A DNA stretch of 64,000 bases from Bugula neritina (taxonomy: Eukaryota > Animalia > Bryozoa), in assembly GCA_964035545.1 (NCBI GenBank), contig OZ037773.1, positions 2,261,751 to 2,325,750 of the forward strand, given 5' to 3'. The notes under the pieces are model-generated. The model ran no database searches. It saw only the letters and a program-made list of their open reading frames with translations, and had not been told where the DNA came from. Positions 1 to 13,900 of this stretch are shown here, in pieces. Position numbers and translations under genes: made by a program. Numbering within the stretch: position 1 is the stretch's first letter; the number at the start of each line of letters is the position of its first letter.

Positions 1-146
1 GGAGAATACATTATACCCAAATTCTGATTTAATTACAAATTCTTGAAATATTTTGCACTTCTTTTAAATACATAAAAACATGAGCTATAGAAATAGAATC
101 CAATACCACTGCTTACTGTTGAAGAAAATAGCGTATTATAGCTCTC

Positions 147-1524
147 TGATAGCATGTAGTGTATATAGTGTACAGTATGTAGTTTATAGTATGTAGTGTA
201 TAGTGATAGTATGTAGTGTATAGTAATAGCATGTAGTGTATAGTGATAGCATGTAGTGTATAGTGATAGCATGTAGTGTGTAGTGATAGTATGTAGTGTA
301 TAGTGTATAGTATGTAGTGTATAGTGATAGCATGAAGTGCATAGTGTATAGTATGTAATGTATAGTGATAGCATGTAGTATATAGCATGTAGTGTATAGT
401 GATAGCATGTAGTGTATAGTGATAGCATGCAGTGTATAGCATGTAGTGTATAGTGTATAGCATGTAGTGTATAGTGTGTAGTGTATAGTGGTAGCATGTA
501 GTGTATAGTGATAGCATGTAGTATATAGCATGTAGTGTATAGTGATAGCATGTAGTGTATAGTGATAGCATGCAGTGTATAGCATGTAGTGTATAGTGAT
601 AGCATGTAGTGTATAGTAATAGTATGTAGTGTATAGTAATAGCATGTAGTGTATAGTGTGTAGTGTATAGTGGTAGCATGTAGTGTATAGTGATAGCATG
701 TAGTATATAGCATGTAGTGTATAGTGATAGCATGTAGTGTATAGTGATAGCATGCAGTGTATAGCATGTAGTGTATAGTGATAGCATGTAGTGTATAGTA
801 TGTAGTGTATAGTGTATAGCATGTAGTGTATAGTGTATAGCATGTAGTGTATAGTGATAGCATGTAGTGTATAGTGATAGCATGCAGTGTATAGCATGTA
901 GTGTATAGTGTATAGCATGTAGTGTATAGTGTGTAGTGTATAGTGGTAGCATGTAGTGTATAGTGATAGCATGTAGTATATAGCATGTAGTGTATAGTGA
1001 TAGCATGTAGTGTATAGTGATAGCATGCAGTGTATAGCATGTAGTGTATAGTGATAGCATGTAGTGTATAGTATGTAGTGTATAGTGTATAGCATGTAGT
1101 GTATAGTGTATAGCATGTAGTGTTTAGTGATAGCATGTAGTGTATAGTGATAGCATGTAGTGTATAGTGATAGCATGTAGTGTATAGTGATAGCATGTAG
1201 TATATAGCATGTAGTGTATAGTGATAGCATGTAGTGTATAGTGATAGCATGCAGTGTATAGCATGTAGTGTATAGTGATAGCATGTAGTGTATAGTATGT
1301 AGTGTATAGTGTATAGCATGTAGTGTATAGTGTATAGCATGTAGTGTATAGTGATAGCATGTAGTGTATAGTGATAGCATGTAGTGTATAGTGTATAGCA
1401 TGTAGTGTATAGTGATAGCATGTAGTGTATAGTTTATAGCATGTAGTGTATAGTGATAGCATGTAGTGTATAGTGATAGCATGTAGTGTATAGTAATAGC
1501 ATGTAGTGTATAGTATGTAGTGTA
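147..1524. repeat. Intronic minisatellite, about 20-bp unit AGTGTATAGTGATAGCATGT with 7-bp AGTGTAT subunits
   Basis: Direct tandem array. The long minus-strand ORFs (YTTCYHYTLHAI repeats) are translations of this repeat. Confidence 0.95.
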
Positions 1525-1532
1525 TGTTGCAG

Positions 1533-4500
1533 GTCTGGGCATATCATTAGTCAGATCAGCAAGTGCGGCAGCGCTGCCCTTCTACTTCCAAAATGAGTTT
1601 GTGAAGTTTGCCATGGCGTCTGTGATGATCGGATTCACCATTGGGATGTCAGCTTTACCTCTCGTCTGTAATTATATATTCTCAATGGACGACTTTCCAA
1701 AGACTATGTTGGACGTATCAAAAATCATGTTTCTACATTTACTGTGTGGCCTAATCTTCTTACCAATTTCTATACAAAATCAAGAAGCAAAAGGAATTAA
1801 AATGCAGAATCTGACAAAGTCTGAAGTATATCAAGGAGTTGTTCTTCCATTAGTCAAGATAATCAAAAGTTTCAAGGTATGCATACATTTTATGGGCCTT
1901 TTTACTGGAATGACCAACTATTCACAGGTCAGGTTTCAAGTGTCATACAAGCATTTCTTGGCCATACCCGAGGTCTGCATGGTTTGCAAAAGTTAGCCAG
2001 TCTTTTAAGTATTATATCCAATGTAATCACTATTTTAAATTGAACTTCAATTCTCTTTAGTTTAGTTAATTAGTTTTGTATAAATTGCTAGTAAAACCCT
2101 AAATATGAAATGGCGGGATTTGTTGAACTATGCACTTAATAGTAACTATATATGCTCTAAAATATTAGCTATATATACACCTAATAGCAACTACAGTATG
2201 TACATCTAATATGCATTTATTAACAACTATATATACGACTAATAGTAACTAATGTATATAATATTATGTACTAATAGTTAAGCTGTGGCATAGGCAGTGT
2301 GTAAAACACTATAATACTAATGTATGCAGCTGAGAGATTACTTGGTTTAGACTAGTTAAAACTACAGCCTCTGCAGCTCTGGTTTCAGAGCTGAGAGAGG
2401 ATAAATAAGGTCAAACCCTCCTACACATTCACTCAATGTACCAAAACCTTCGCAACTAGAGCGTAAAGAATCTCCTTAAGTAGTAGCAAGTACTAGTGTC
2501 AAATCATACACCACAGGAATGTAATTGGTAAAATGAGTATATACTGACAATCAATCTTTGAGTGACTAAAATTAACATTCATTTACATCTACAATAGCAA
2601 GAGCTCTACTTTTGAATTGCAAATTGAAATAGTAGCAGAAATCGAATTGGCTTGAGTAAACTGTATATATTATAATGTATTGTTATTATTGTTTCATGTT
2701 TTTATTGTATTATTCCATGTTTTTCAGGTGTGGTCATATTTGCTGGCTGCCTTACTCAGACGGTTTGCCTTGACGGCTTTCTTCACTCTAATAACCAACT
2801 ATTTAATGATACAACAGAGACTGTCGGGTCAAGAAGTAGCCCAATTCCGCATGACCTTGGGCTGTATGTCAGTAGTAGGGGTGGTAGCTATGTGCATCAC
2901 ACAGAATGAGAAATTTAACCGACTTATACCTCATGCTATTGGACCATTTATCTGTGGAGTGGTGATGATGTCCATCACACTAGCTGAAAATGATGTAAGT
3001 GGGCGGATTTACATAATATAGAATAAGAGAAGATAACTCTGTGGTGTATTCTTTAGGTTACAGCCTGAAAAGTTTGATAACTTCAATTATAATTATTCTA
3101 TTAACCAACCGTTTATTAAAAACAAGATGTATAAAATATGTTGCTAATTACCAGAGCTGGAAGTAATAAATTTAATATAGCTTGGTCTAGTAATAAAATT
3201 GAATCAATTTACTTCATTTTATAAATTATGATAACAGAGTAAAGTTTGTCATGGGTTTATAAAGCTATACATTACCTGAAACTTATATGTTAATTAGTAT
3301 CTGCATGTGCCAAGAGTATGATATAAATTATTTGGTACTGCAGTAGAATATATTAAAATCTGTTCACATTAAAATGAAAATTTGAGAAGAGCACACATAC
3401 CAAAACTGCAGTCATCACAAAAATGAACCAACACATAAAAATAGCAAAGTTCTTAACATGGACAATTTAGAGTTCATGTTAAATATTTTATTGAGCACTT
3501 GCTGAAACTAGAACAAGTTTTTAAAGAAATACGTTTGTGTGTAGTTTTTAAACTGGTCAGCTAGTCAAAGTACCCTATTTTGAAAAATGTCTGGTTTTTG
3601 CATATTTCTGAAAACCAAACCAAAAGTATGTTATTGGCTATTGGTTATGGTTGTTTCTAAAATATCTTGATGCCAATAGGATGTTTGTTCTTCAGAACTA
3701 ATATTTTATTCTGACTGTTGATGGTGACAAGTTGTGACAGGTGATATGTCACACGTCTGCTGTCTGTTATTGATGTCACCAACAGCATGGTTCAGTCACC
3801 AACAGATACTACTCTTCAAAAAATAGACCACTTAAGGCTTCCAATTATTTAAAGTTCTTTCAGCCCGTTACCTACAGAGCCATTGTTGATACTGTTTCCT
3901 GTTTGTAGATATCCCTTTCAATGCTGATGGCACTGTTTGGTTTAGCGTTTGGAAGCCTACTGGGAAATACTACTCCGGCAATAAGCACACTGGTTTCAGA
4001 GGAGGAAGTTAAGCTGGTTCTAATGTTGGAGTGTATCATGGATGGTTTGGGGAGTATTGGTGGCTCCCCCTCCACCAGTAAGTAACCATATGCTATGTTA
4101 CTGTATGCTAAACTATACTAGGCTATAATGTTACACGCACTGCACTGCACTGCACTGCACTGCACTGCACTGCACTGCACTGCACTGCACTGCACTGCAC
4201 TGCACTGCACTGCACTGCACTGCACTGCACTGCACTGCACTGCACTGCACTGCACTGCACTGCACTGCACTGCACTGCACTGCACTGCACTGCACTGCAC
4301 TGCACTGCACTACACTACACTGCTCTACACTGCACTGCGCTGCACTGCGCTGCACTACACTACACTACTCTACACTACACTACACTACACTACACTGCAC
4401 TGCACTTCTCTACACTGCACTGCACTGCATTGCACTGCACTGCACCGCACCGCACTGCATTCAATACATTGCCCCAAATCATATTAAAGTGAAAGTTTGT

Positions 4501-5243
4501 GGAAAGCGGCTGCACTTTGAGTCTTTATACATGGTTATAGTGGTAACTTTAAATATTATATTTTGATATTATTCTGTATAAAGATATGACAACAGAAAAA
4601 CAAAAGTCAAAGTATGATACCTAAGTGTAAAATGTTTTTGAAGTAAAGTATTTGTTTGCACGGTTAGATAATAATTAACGCTTTAATTATTTCGCGTTGT
4701 AGAAATACTTATTTCTACAATACATACAGGCTATTAAAATAGGTTACCAACAGTAAGCTTGAATAATATTTAGGATGATGTGATGAAGTTTTAAAGTAGC
4801 AAAGGACAAATTGATCTTTCATTTGTTGAAACTACTTAAATCTTCGAACTGATATTTTTATTCCGAACCTTGTCCAAGAATCGAGCATATTTAGTTTTTT
4901 TCATTTTAAATGAAGGTTTCACTTCTACATATTATTGTACAATCTAACTATTGCATTCATGTTCATTCTACGTTCTGTAGGCTACATTCAGGAGGAGATA
5001 AATCTGAACACAGGACTATACTTTGCTGGCGCTTTCTGCATGCTCAGCGGCCTAATCATGCTTTTATTAACGGCTTGTAAGATAAGAGAGGATAAATCTC
5101 AGGAAGACTATAATGAAGAAGAGAGGACAACTCAAACAATCATACGAATTAAACCATATGATCATAGCCAATCAAAGTTTTCAGTTAAACAAGTGAATGT
5201 GGAGTTGCTGCCCCTGTTATCATCCGACATGGCTTCTCCTTGA
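1533..5243 (+). CDS. MFS transporter, monocarboxylate transporter (SLC16)-like, 3' exons: 1533-1876, 2728-2994, 3909-4077, 4981-5243; 5' end lies outside the window
   Basis: GT-AG introns with matching phases (0,0,1). Multiple hydrophobic TM segments. The C-terminal pattern LFGLAFG...GLGSIGGSP..SYIQEE..LNTGLYFAGAFCMLSG resembles MCT TM10-12. Confidence 0.7.
4134..4460. repeat. (TGCAC)n pentanucleotide microsatellite, degenerating to TACAC
   Basis: Direct tandem repeat in an intron. Confidence 0.97.
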
Positions 5244-5659
5244 TTTAAATAACAAGCCCCTAGACATTCTTGTGAATCTGCAACTAAGAGTGTAATCCTC
5301 TATTAGATTTGGTGCTATATATAGAAACATAACAATGCAAAAACAGTAATTTTCATCTTTTGTGTAGTGTTAAAATATTGACGTTTTCAGCCATATTGCT
5401 CGTGGCATTAAAGTGTTTATGCCTTGACTACTGTGCAATTCTTCCGTCTCATTTACATATATGACTTAGTATAGTGAATGTGGCACATCTTTTAGACTGA
5501 AGTGTAAAAATAAAAGATAAAATGTCCATATAAATATAATGAAAATAGTAATTTGTTTTAGTTTTTTATTGAGATCATTTGTGAAGGTCTACAGCAAGTG
5601 TTATGAATATTGTTTACTGTATGTTATGTAACTTATAAAAACTCACAAAAGTTTATACA

Positions 5660-5864
5660 TAGTCACTATCTCCGTGAGATACCCCCCCCCCCCCGGCTAA
5701 TAGAAAAGGGTTTTTAAAATGAGCTAAGGACTTATTCAGATGAGGCACAGGAACAATTATGACTGGATGCTCTTCCTAACATCACCAACGACCTTTACTG
5801 GGGTTTGAACTTATGACATCGTGTTTACTAAGCAAACGATCTAACCCTTAGATCACAGCTGCTC
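5660..5864 (-). mobile_element. tRNA-derived SINE, copy 1
   Basis: About 200-bp dispersed repeat. The minus strand begins GAGCAGCTGTGATCTAAGGGTTAG (A-box-like), then AGTTCAAACCCC (B-box-like), then a body shared with the other copies (GGTGATGTTAGGAAGAGCATCCAGTC). Confidence 0.75.
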
Positions 5865-7911
5865 TCTATTTTATGTAACTCACAAGCTATATGGCAAATC
5901 ACACAAAAAGTTGCATACAAATTTTGTTCATGCAGCAGTTGACAGTTAGGTTGGTTAGTCTTACATGACATGTATACATTCTTCTCAACCTATGCTGCAC
6001 TATGTCACCCCTAACTCGGGGCTGCTTCTAGCGTTGTTCTGATTATAAAAACAATGCATCTTAACATAGTTAGTCTTGTATCTCACATTCAAGCCAGCAT
6101 AAACTCATAGTTTAAGAACTCTGCATTGAAACCCTTTTCTTAGTTTTTACTGTCAAGATCTCAACTGCTATAGAAGATGTGGATGCATTCGTTCATTGCT
6201 TTTGTTATATTGAGTCACCTGTTAACCAACCGTATATATAAATACGACTTTGGACACTTTCGGTTTATTAAGCAGATCAGTAGCTTATTTATTCATGCAT
6301 GCATATGCATGAATTTCAAAACGGACAATGAGTTGACTAGCATTGTAAACTACAGACATATATTCAGTGCACAGATAATAAATATTGAGACTGCAAGATC
6401 AGCTCAAAATTTTCTGCAGTTAAATGTATTTAAGTTTAGCTAAATGATTGAAGTGTATAACATGACTGTCACTTATAGATTCAATATAGTACATACTACA
6501 TAGTCACGGGGCTATGGCATGGCAATACGACACTGCAAGTTATGGTGTATCCGTATTCGTATGTTATATCCTAGGACCTAGATAGTTCACATCAATATGT
6601 TTCTGAATTATTTTTTATATGCATCAATCATGATTGTTGTATATGGAAATGTATCATTTTTTCAAGTTTTAGAAATATAAGATAGCTATATTATTATGAT
6701 AATTATAAACAATAAAAGTAGCGCTAGGATCTTTTCATGTCAGAGTTGTGTTTTCCATTTTAGTAACGATGTGAGTGGTAGATTAATAGGTTGTGCTGTT
6801 ATAGATGTCGTACAGATTATACTTATTTACGATAGAAATACATTTTTTCGTTAGTGGCGGTTATCTTGATCGTGCTAGGACAATTTTATAATCATTATGA
6901 TTATCATTATGATGTTCATACTTTAACTTATACTTAATCTTATAGCTATACTAGTAGTACTAGTAGTAGTAGCACTCTGCGTACTAGTTACTCTATAGTC
7001 TATACTCTAAGTCTATAGCTATAGGCATAACTAAACTTAAAATAATAATTCTCTCAATCTCAATCTGTCTTACTAATAGTAATAGTAATACTTATACTAA
7101 TAGTAATAGTAATACTAATACTAATACTAATACTAATAGTAATACTAAATCTAATAGTAATACTAATACTAATAGTAATACTATTATTTCTTTATTATTA
7201 GCATTAGTATTTAATTTAAATTTACTTTAAGTTTAACTTAGTCTTATAATAATATTAATTGTTAAAAATAAATGAATAATTTAAATTAATAGTATAAGAA
7301 TGATGCTCAATGTCAGATTCATATTCATATATTGATATTCTTTTAATTTAGTAATTTACTAATTATCACAATATTATATTTATAATTATTATTATAAGTA
7401 TAACTTTATATTTTGTTATTAATATTATGCTTGTGACACTGATAATTATTCATTATAACAACTTATAAGTTATATAATTATATAAACTTATAGTTATTGC
7501 AATAATATTAAATTATCTTAACTACTTATTATAATTATAATAATATTAATTAATATAATTATAGTTCATTAATTCAAATTTTTATAAACATAATAATTAT
7601 TACTATTAGCCTATCATGATCATCATCATCATCCATTATGATTATGATTTTAATTACCATCATGACTAGAATTAGCCTTAAGTCTACCGGCTATGAAATA
7701 CAAAACAGTTACAGTGATTTTACTTCAAGTAATAAGGTTAAATCACTTAACTTAACCTTTCAAACAAAATGATAACAAATTAATTTGATTTTGAAACATT
7801 CGAATTATAACTTACAAATAAAATAAACTATAAGCTACATTTGAATATATCAATTTTTAACTTCGTATGTGAAGTTAACCTCAGCTGTATTGTTGTATTT
7901 GAAGACTTGCC

Positions 7912-10900
7912 ATGACTAAAGCAGGCTCATCTACAAGTAAGCTATTGTCTTCTGAGTTGCTGTGTGTCTTTTGTAATGAATCTGAAGATGAAAGGCGTTA
8001 TGGTAAATTCATATCAAAGGATGGCATAGCTGCTCACAACTTCTGTCTTGTAAGTCTCAATTCTAAATCGGATGACTATCAACTCCTTTTCACTTTCATA
8101 CATAAACTTTTGCACAATTCTTACGAAAAGTTTTTTAAATTCCAAGGACTCCAACACTATGAACTCCCTGAAATAGAGGAGAGTAAGATGATTTTGTGAG
8201 TTGAATTTTGTCTTTGAATGATATTGTTTGCTTTAATATCATTAAGTTCAACCGTTCAGTAGATACTTTTATGGGTAGCTTAAGTGCAACTAGCTTGCCT
8301 CTTTTTCATGAACTGCTGTGTTGTTTTATCTTAGCAGATGAAGTTTGGTTTTCAAGTTTGTAATTTTTAATTTAGATTTTTGTGTTTGCTTTGGTTGAAA
8401 TTTATTTACCACTCGTTTAACCCTTGAAGCATGTACCTTCTTTCATTTGTTTGCCAATACAATTTTCAGCTTTTCTCAAGTGGTTTGGCACAAGAAGGAG
8501 CGGATAATGAAGGCTTAGATGGTTTTCTAATAGAAGATATACTGAAAGAGTGTAAACGTTGCAATAAGCTGGTAAACTTGCAGTCTGTTGAAAATTATGT
8601 TCTTTCAGAAAAAATTGAAAATTATGTACTTCAAAAATTTTCTTATAAGAAATGATTAGTTTTATTCTATAATATATCCCCAATATTAAACAATATATCA
8701 CCATTGAGTATGCTTGCCTGCAATAGTTGCTTGCTTTTTGTCGGAGTTTAACCAAAATGTTAGCGGTTTTTTGTGTTAGTTGATATTATTATGTTAATTA
8801 TCAGTCCTATTGCATTTTTTTTTCAGAAATGCTCATTTTGTAAGGTGAAAGGGGGATCCATTGGTTGTGGAAATTCATATTGCAAAAAGTCATATCACTA
8901 TGGTTGTGGTAAAGATAATGGTGCAATGTTTACATATCACGGTAATTACAGGTAATCTTATGGTAGTTATTTGTTCCTTAGCAAAACTATATGTATGTAT
9001 CTACATGATTAGTAGCTAGAGTGGCTCAAACAGTGGAAAAACAATGCATAAGTGGAGGAAAATTGTCAACAACAATTTCTCTAAATCAATTTTAGTTCAA
9101 CAAAAACTTCAACCAAAAAAGGATGCACTCATGTGTTGAGTAGTACTGCACCAAATAAGTCGATGATAAAATAACCATTTTAGGAATAAATTTGAGATCC
9201 TTGAGTTAACTAACTATTTTAAAGTGTCATATTATAGAACTTTAGATAAGGTGTACATAAGTATAATATATGTTCAACAGAATGAGTAATGTTGTCTCTA
9301 AAATGCTGTACCAGATATTGTGTACACAGTTTCCGGACTAGTTGTGTACGGGGCTGATTGCAGCCTCCCCATATACTCTGTAGTTCCTACTGTAAGAAAC
9401 ACAGCTTGGTTCAAGAAGATCTACCAGCCGAGGAAAGAAAGACACTCAAACCTGTCGACACTTGTTATATCTGCTATGAGAATTTGAATACAACGATTTC
9501 TCCGACTACTATACTCGCCCCCTGCTGTGAGTATGAGTCTAGAGGTCAATAGGGCATGGTATTTGCTAAATTATTTAATTGTTGAAATGAAAATAGCTTA
9601 GTCTAAATTGGGAAATTCGTGTTTATTAGGTTTCGGAAATTTACATTATATGTTTTGTTGAAGCAAGTTTTTCTACAAGAACAACGGGCACACTTGTACA
9701 GTGTTTGGATTAGAAAGAGCCATTTTGATCTAGGTTCTTAGCTGTAAATTACATTCAACTGTAATCTAGCTACTATTAGTGAAGGCTGCACTGTTAAGTT
9801 TGAGTAGCTTCTACTGTATTTTTGTACAAGTGATACACATGTAGACTCTGGCGCCCTGCATGTTGTTCTGTATCTCCCAGGTACGAGAGCGTGGTACCAC
9901 AGACAGTGTATCGAAGACATGGCTTACTCAGCCGGCCTACACTACTTTAAATGCCCTCTATGTAATAACGTAGATGAGTGGCAGGCAGAAATGTTACGTA
10001 TTGGCATATATATACCCGACAGGTATGTCTGTCTGTGTGTCTGTAATACTGAATACTCAATATACATCTGCGTCATTTCTTTCTTATCAGTTCAAGAATG
10101 TTTGCTGTTACTACCATTCTATCTCTCAAAGTTTTCCTTTTATTTCATTCATTTATAGAAAGTTTTTTAAAACATGTTTCTATAAATTTGGATTTAAAGG
10201 AAACCAAGTCATATAAATATTTTATTTTAGTTTTTTTGTAGCATTTTTGCAGACAAACAAATCTCTATATTCTCATATCTCCTAGCTGTGTGTCTACCTA
10301 TTACTGTATTACTGATATAGAGATATTACTGTATTACTGATATAGAGATGCATCATGGGAACTAGTGCCAGGGGCATACAACTCTTTGCTACAGCCAAAT
10401 TTAGAATGCGTTGCTGATGTGTGCATCTGCCCTCAAGGTCGTTCAGAGGACGAGACTGATGGGTCAGTGTTGTACCTCTAACCATGTTATATACTTATTC
10501 TAAATCTAATTGGAGTTGCCATCCCTCAAATCTCGACTATATTCACATACGCTGGTTATGCTAGTACTTATTCTGTCACCCACATCTGAGTATCTTCATG
10601 CAGTTGACTTGGTTTTAACTGGTTAAGATACTATAGTGTTTGACAATTTAGTTTTTCTAAACTGAGCAAATTTCATAAATTTGAGATATAAAGGCAAAAT
10701 TGAGGCATGATAATTTTACCTGTACTATTATTATGGTAGAATATTCTGTTATCAGTGACTGGAAGTTGTCCTTCCACACTAAATGTAAAATAGAAGTGAT
10801 TCTGTATGAATTATAGTTATATACTACCCTTACATTAGTAATAAGCATTATATGTGAAGTTGTCTCCTCTAATAGTATAACATATTGTATGCAGGGAGTG

Positions 10901-13900
10901 GGAGCTAATCATGTGTGAAACTTGCGGCTGTCAAGCTGTACACACACAGTGTGGTAAATTGAAGAGGAAGGACAAGGAGTGGCTGTGTAGCATGTGCAGG
11001 GGAACCACTTCTGGTAAGTTATCCCTCTCCCTTTTTATATGTATCATTTGATCCAAGGCTAAGGTGTGATAACCTCTGGACAGCTGAAAAAAGTCGGTAT
11101 CTGTAAAGGAGCAGCTAGCTTAAGGACCTTGTAATAGCAATGCCCTTCTTGCTTTGGTCATATCAAGAGATTAAACAATTCCATGGCTCTACTCCTAAGG
11201 CACAGCTGTGTTTTGTGGAGTGTTTAAGTTTGTGTATCAAATGATTACATTACTTAGAAGAAAATCATAGCTAGTAAGTAGTAAGATGTGTAAACACTCA
11301 TTCGGCATTGTGATCTTGTAGTCTGTATTTCTTTTCAGTTTTTATTTTAGTCTGTGGGAACCACAACATTTACACGTACAACTTGAAAAATATAAATATC
11401 TGTTATGTACAAAATAAGTGATTTAAATTTTAAAACATAGTATTTGATGTTTCTCTCTTGTTTGAAGTTGCTTTCTCACAGTTTGTGTTCAGTCAAATAA
11501 TTTGCCAGTCTGAGTATTAGATTATGGGCCGTGTTTGAGTTGACTTTGGGCTTGTGTACTCCTACTACTATGCTTGTTTTACTCTTTGCTATGGAGATAG
11601 TCTGGTCTAAGCTGCGCCCCACAATACTGTGCGGTTGGGCACTGAGGCAACAATATTTCTTGTTCTCCAAGACTATACCTGAAAACAAGAGAAAACAACT
11701 ACTAAATAGTTTTAGTTGAATGCAATGTAATATCATTACCTATAATATAATATTATGCAGTTTGTTGTAACAACACACACATATTAATGTTTTGCTTCTA
11801 GTTATACACACAAGAGCACGCACATACCACGCACATTGTAAGCAGTAGAGTAGAGTCTATATGATGATATTAAAATCCTGCAAAATCTTCCACTATCCAC
11901 TAATTAGAAACTCAAATACTCTTGAAAAGTATTTTTACAAGATAATTGGAAAATTATTCCATCATACTTATTGTAGCTGAGGTGGTTCTTATAGTACATA
12001 GGATTGCAATAATTAAAACAGGCCTGTTAAATATTTTAATCTTTTAACATTCTGGAAATTGTATAAATTAACTATAAGTAGGAAATTGAAGTAAAAATGT
12101 TGCGAAAAGATCTTTAAATTTTTGTAACTCTAATGATGTAAATGTCCAATAAGATTATACAAATTCACCCAATCACAGACTTGCTCAGTGCCTTTGTTCA
12201 CCAAGTAGTCAACAAAAATACCAATTAAACAGCGACTAATCAACTGACTACCAGCTTACTCTGAAAATCTCACTGACATTTAGTTAGAGATTTCATATCA
12301 GCCTCAACACTGTTCTATCTAGTACCTTCTTCATATATCTTTGTTGGATCTACGAAGGCCTTGCACAGTCTACTTATTTCTTCCTTTGTCATGTTCTGAC
12401 CAACACTGCACCACTTTACTCCTTCCAGACTATATATACCTGCGCTTGATATTACTCCGCTACCTGAAATAGTGCAGTTGTGAACTTTTGTGGCATATAG
12501 TTTATAGGTCTATATATATAATATATAGTATATATAATGTAAGTTCTAGTCAGTAGTAGTAGTAGTGGTAGAGGTAGTGGTAGTAGTAGTAGTAGTAATT
12601 GTAACACTATTACTACTACTAGTAGTGATGGTAACTGTAACACTACTACTACTAGTAGTGATGGTAACTGTAACACTATTACTATTAGTAGTGATGGTAA
12701 CTGTAACACTATTACTACTAGTAGTGGTGGTAACTGTAACACTATTACTACTAGTAGTGGTGGTAACTGTAACACTATTACTACTAGTAGTGGTGGTAAC
12801 TGTAACACTATTACTACTAGTAGTGGTGGTAACTGTAACACTATCACTACTAGTAGTGGTGGTAACTGTAACACTATTACTACTAGTAGTGGTGGTAACT
12901 GTAACACTATTACTACTAGTAGTGATGGTAACTGTAACACTATTACTACTAGTAGTGATGGTAACTGTAACACTATTACTACTACTATTAGTGATGGTAA
13001 CTGTAACACTATCACTACTAGTAATAAGAGTGTTTCGAAACACCCACATCGCCAGCTATCCGCACTTACTTATTAATACATTCTCCACAAATTCCCTCCA
13101 AGATGAAGGTTGCTTCTGTTCGGTGGATATTGTCTGTATGTGTTGGCGATATCGCTCTGCTCGTCTAGAAGGATGTGACATCATTTCTTCTGTTAGTCAT
13201 CACATCAGAGCGTTACCATCTGTTCTGACTTTGGGCAGGTTCTGCTGTGTCAATGTGAAGATTTGTTGTTCTCAAATAGTAAATGTACACTAAACCAACA
13301 CTGCCTCCCTGCCTTGCTCGTTCTACTACAATACACGTGTTGATTATTGCATACTCGAAATTCTATTGAATTTTTATAAACTAATTAAAATGCTGTTGTT
13401 TCGAGGCGGTCTACTCAAATTTTGTTTGTTTTGCTGACGTAATCTTAGGCAGCATACAAATCATAGCTCTTTTGTATCCTTTCATGTTCCCTACACTGTT
13501 TGTCTAAGGCATACAGCAGTAACTATGTTCAATATTTATATTGTGTTATACTTTCCCATTATTTTCTCCAAACACTAAACAGTGCATAGGAGTAAAAAGA
13601 GTGTAGCCGTCAAACTAGCAATCCATATTTTCTCATTCATATAATCAGAGCTAAAAGTTGGGAATTTAAAATCAAATCTTACCATTTCTAGTACTATTAA
13701 ATCAATATTTTGATGGCCTACAGATTTGTAACTTAGAAAAAGCTATATAATATAATAATAATATTAATAGACTAATAATTTTACCTTTTATTTGATGGAA
13801 CTAGGTGGTTGGTGTTGCATCATCAGACCTCCAGCTTATCACTGGCATGATGGAACGTGATATGCTTTACAAATCTAATTGACTGCTTCAAGTGTTTGCA

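Noticed and set aside
33-1542. Long 315-462 aa minus-strand ORFs
   Set aside because: They are translations of a stop-free minisatellite and are open in all three frames.
5780-5864. tRNA gene
   Set aside because: Only degenerate A/B boxes, no convincing cloverleaf, and attached to a repeated body, so called as a SINE.
12452-13293. Mucin-like or hydrophobic repeat ORFs
   Set aside because: They come from the 33-bp minisatellite within profilin intron 1.
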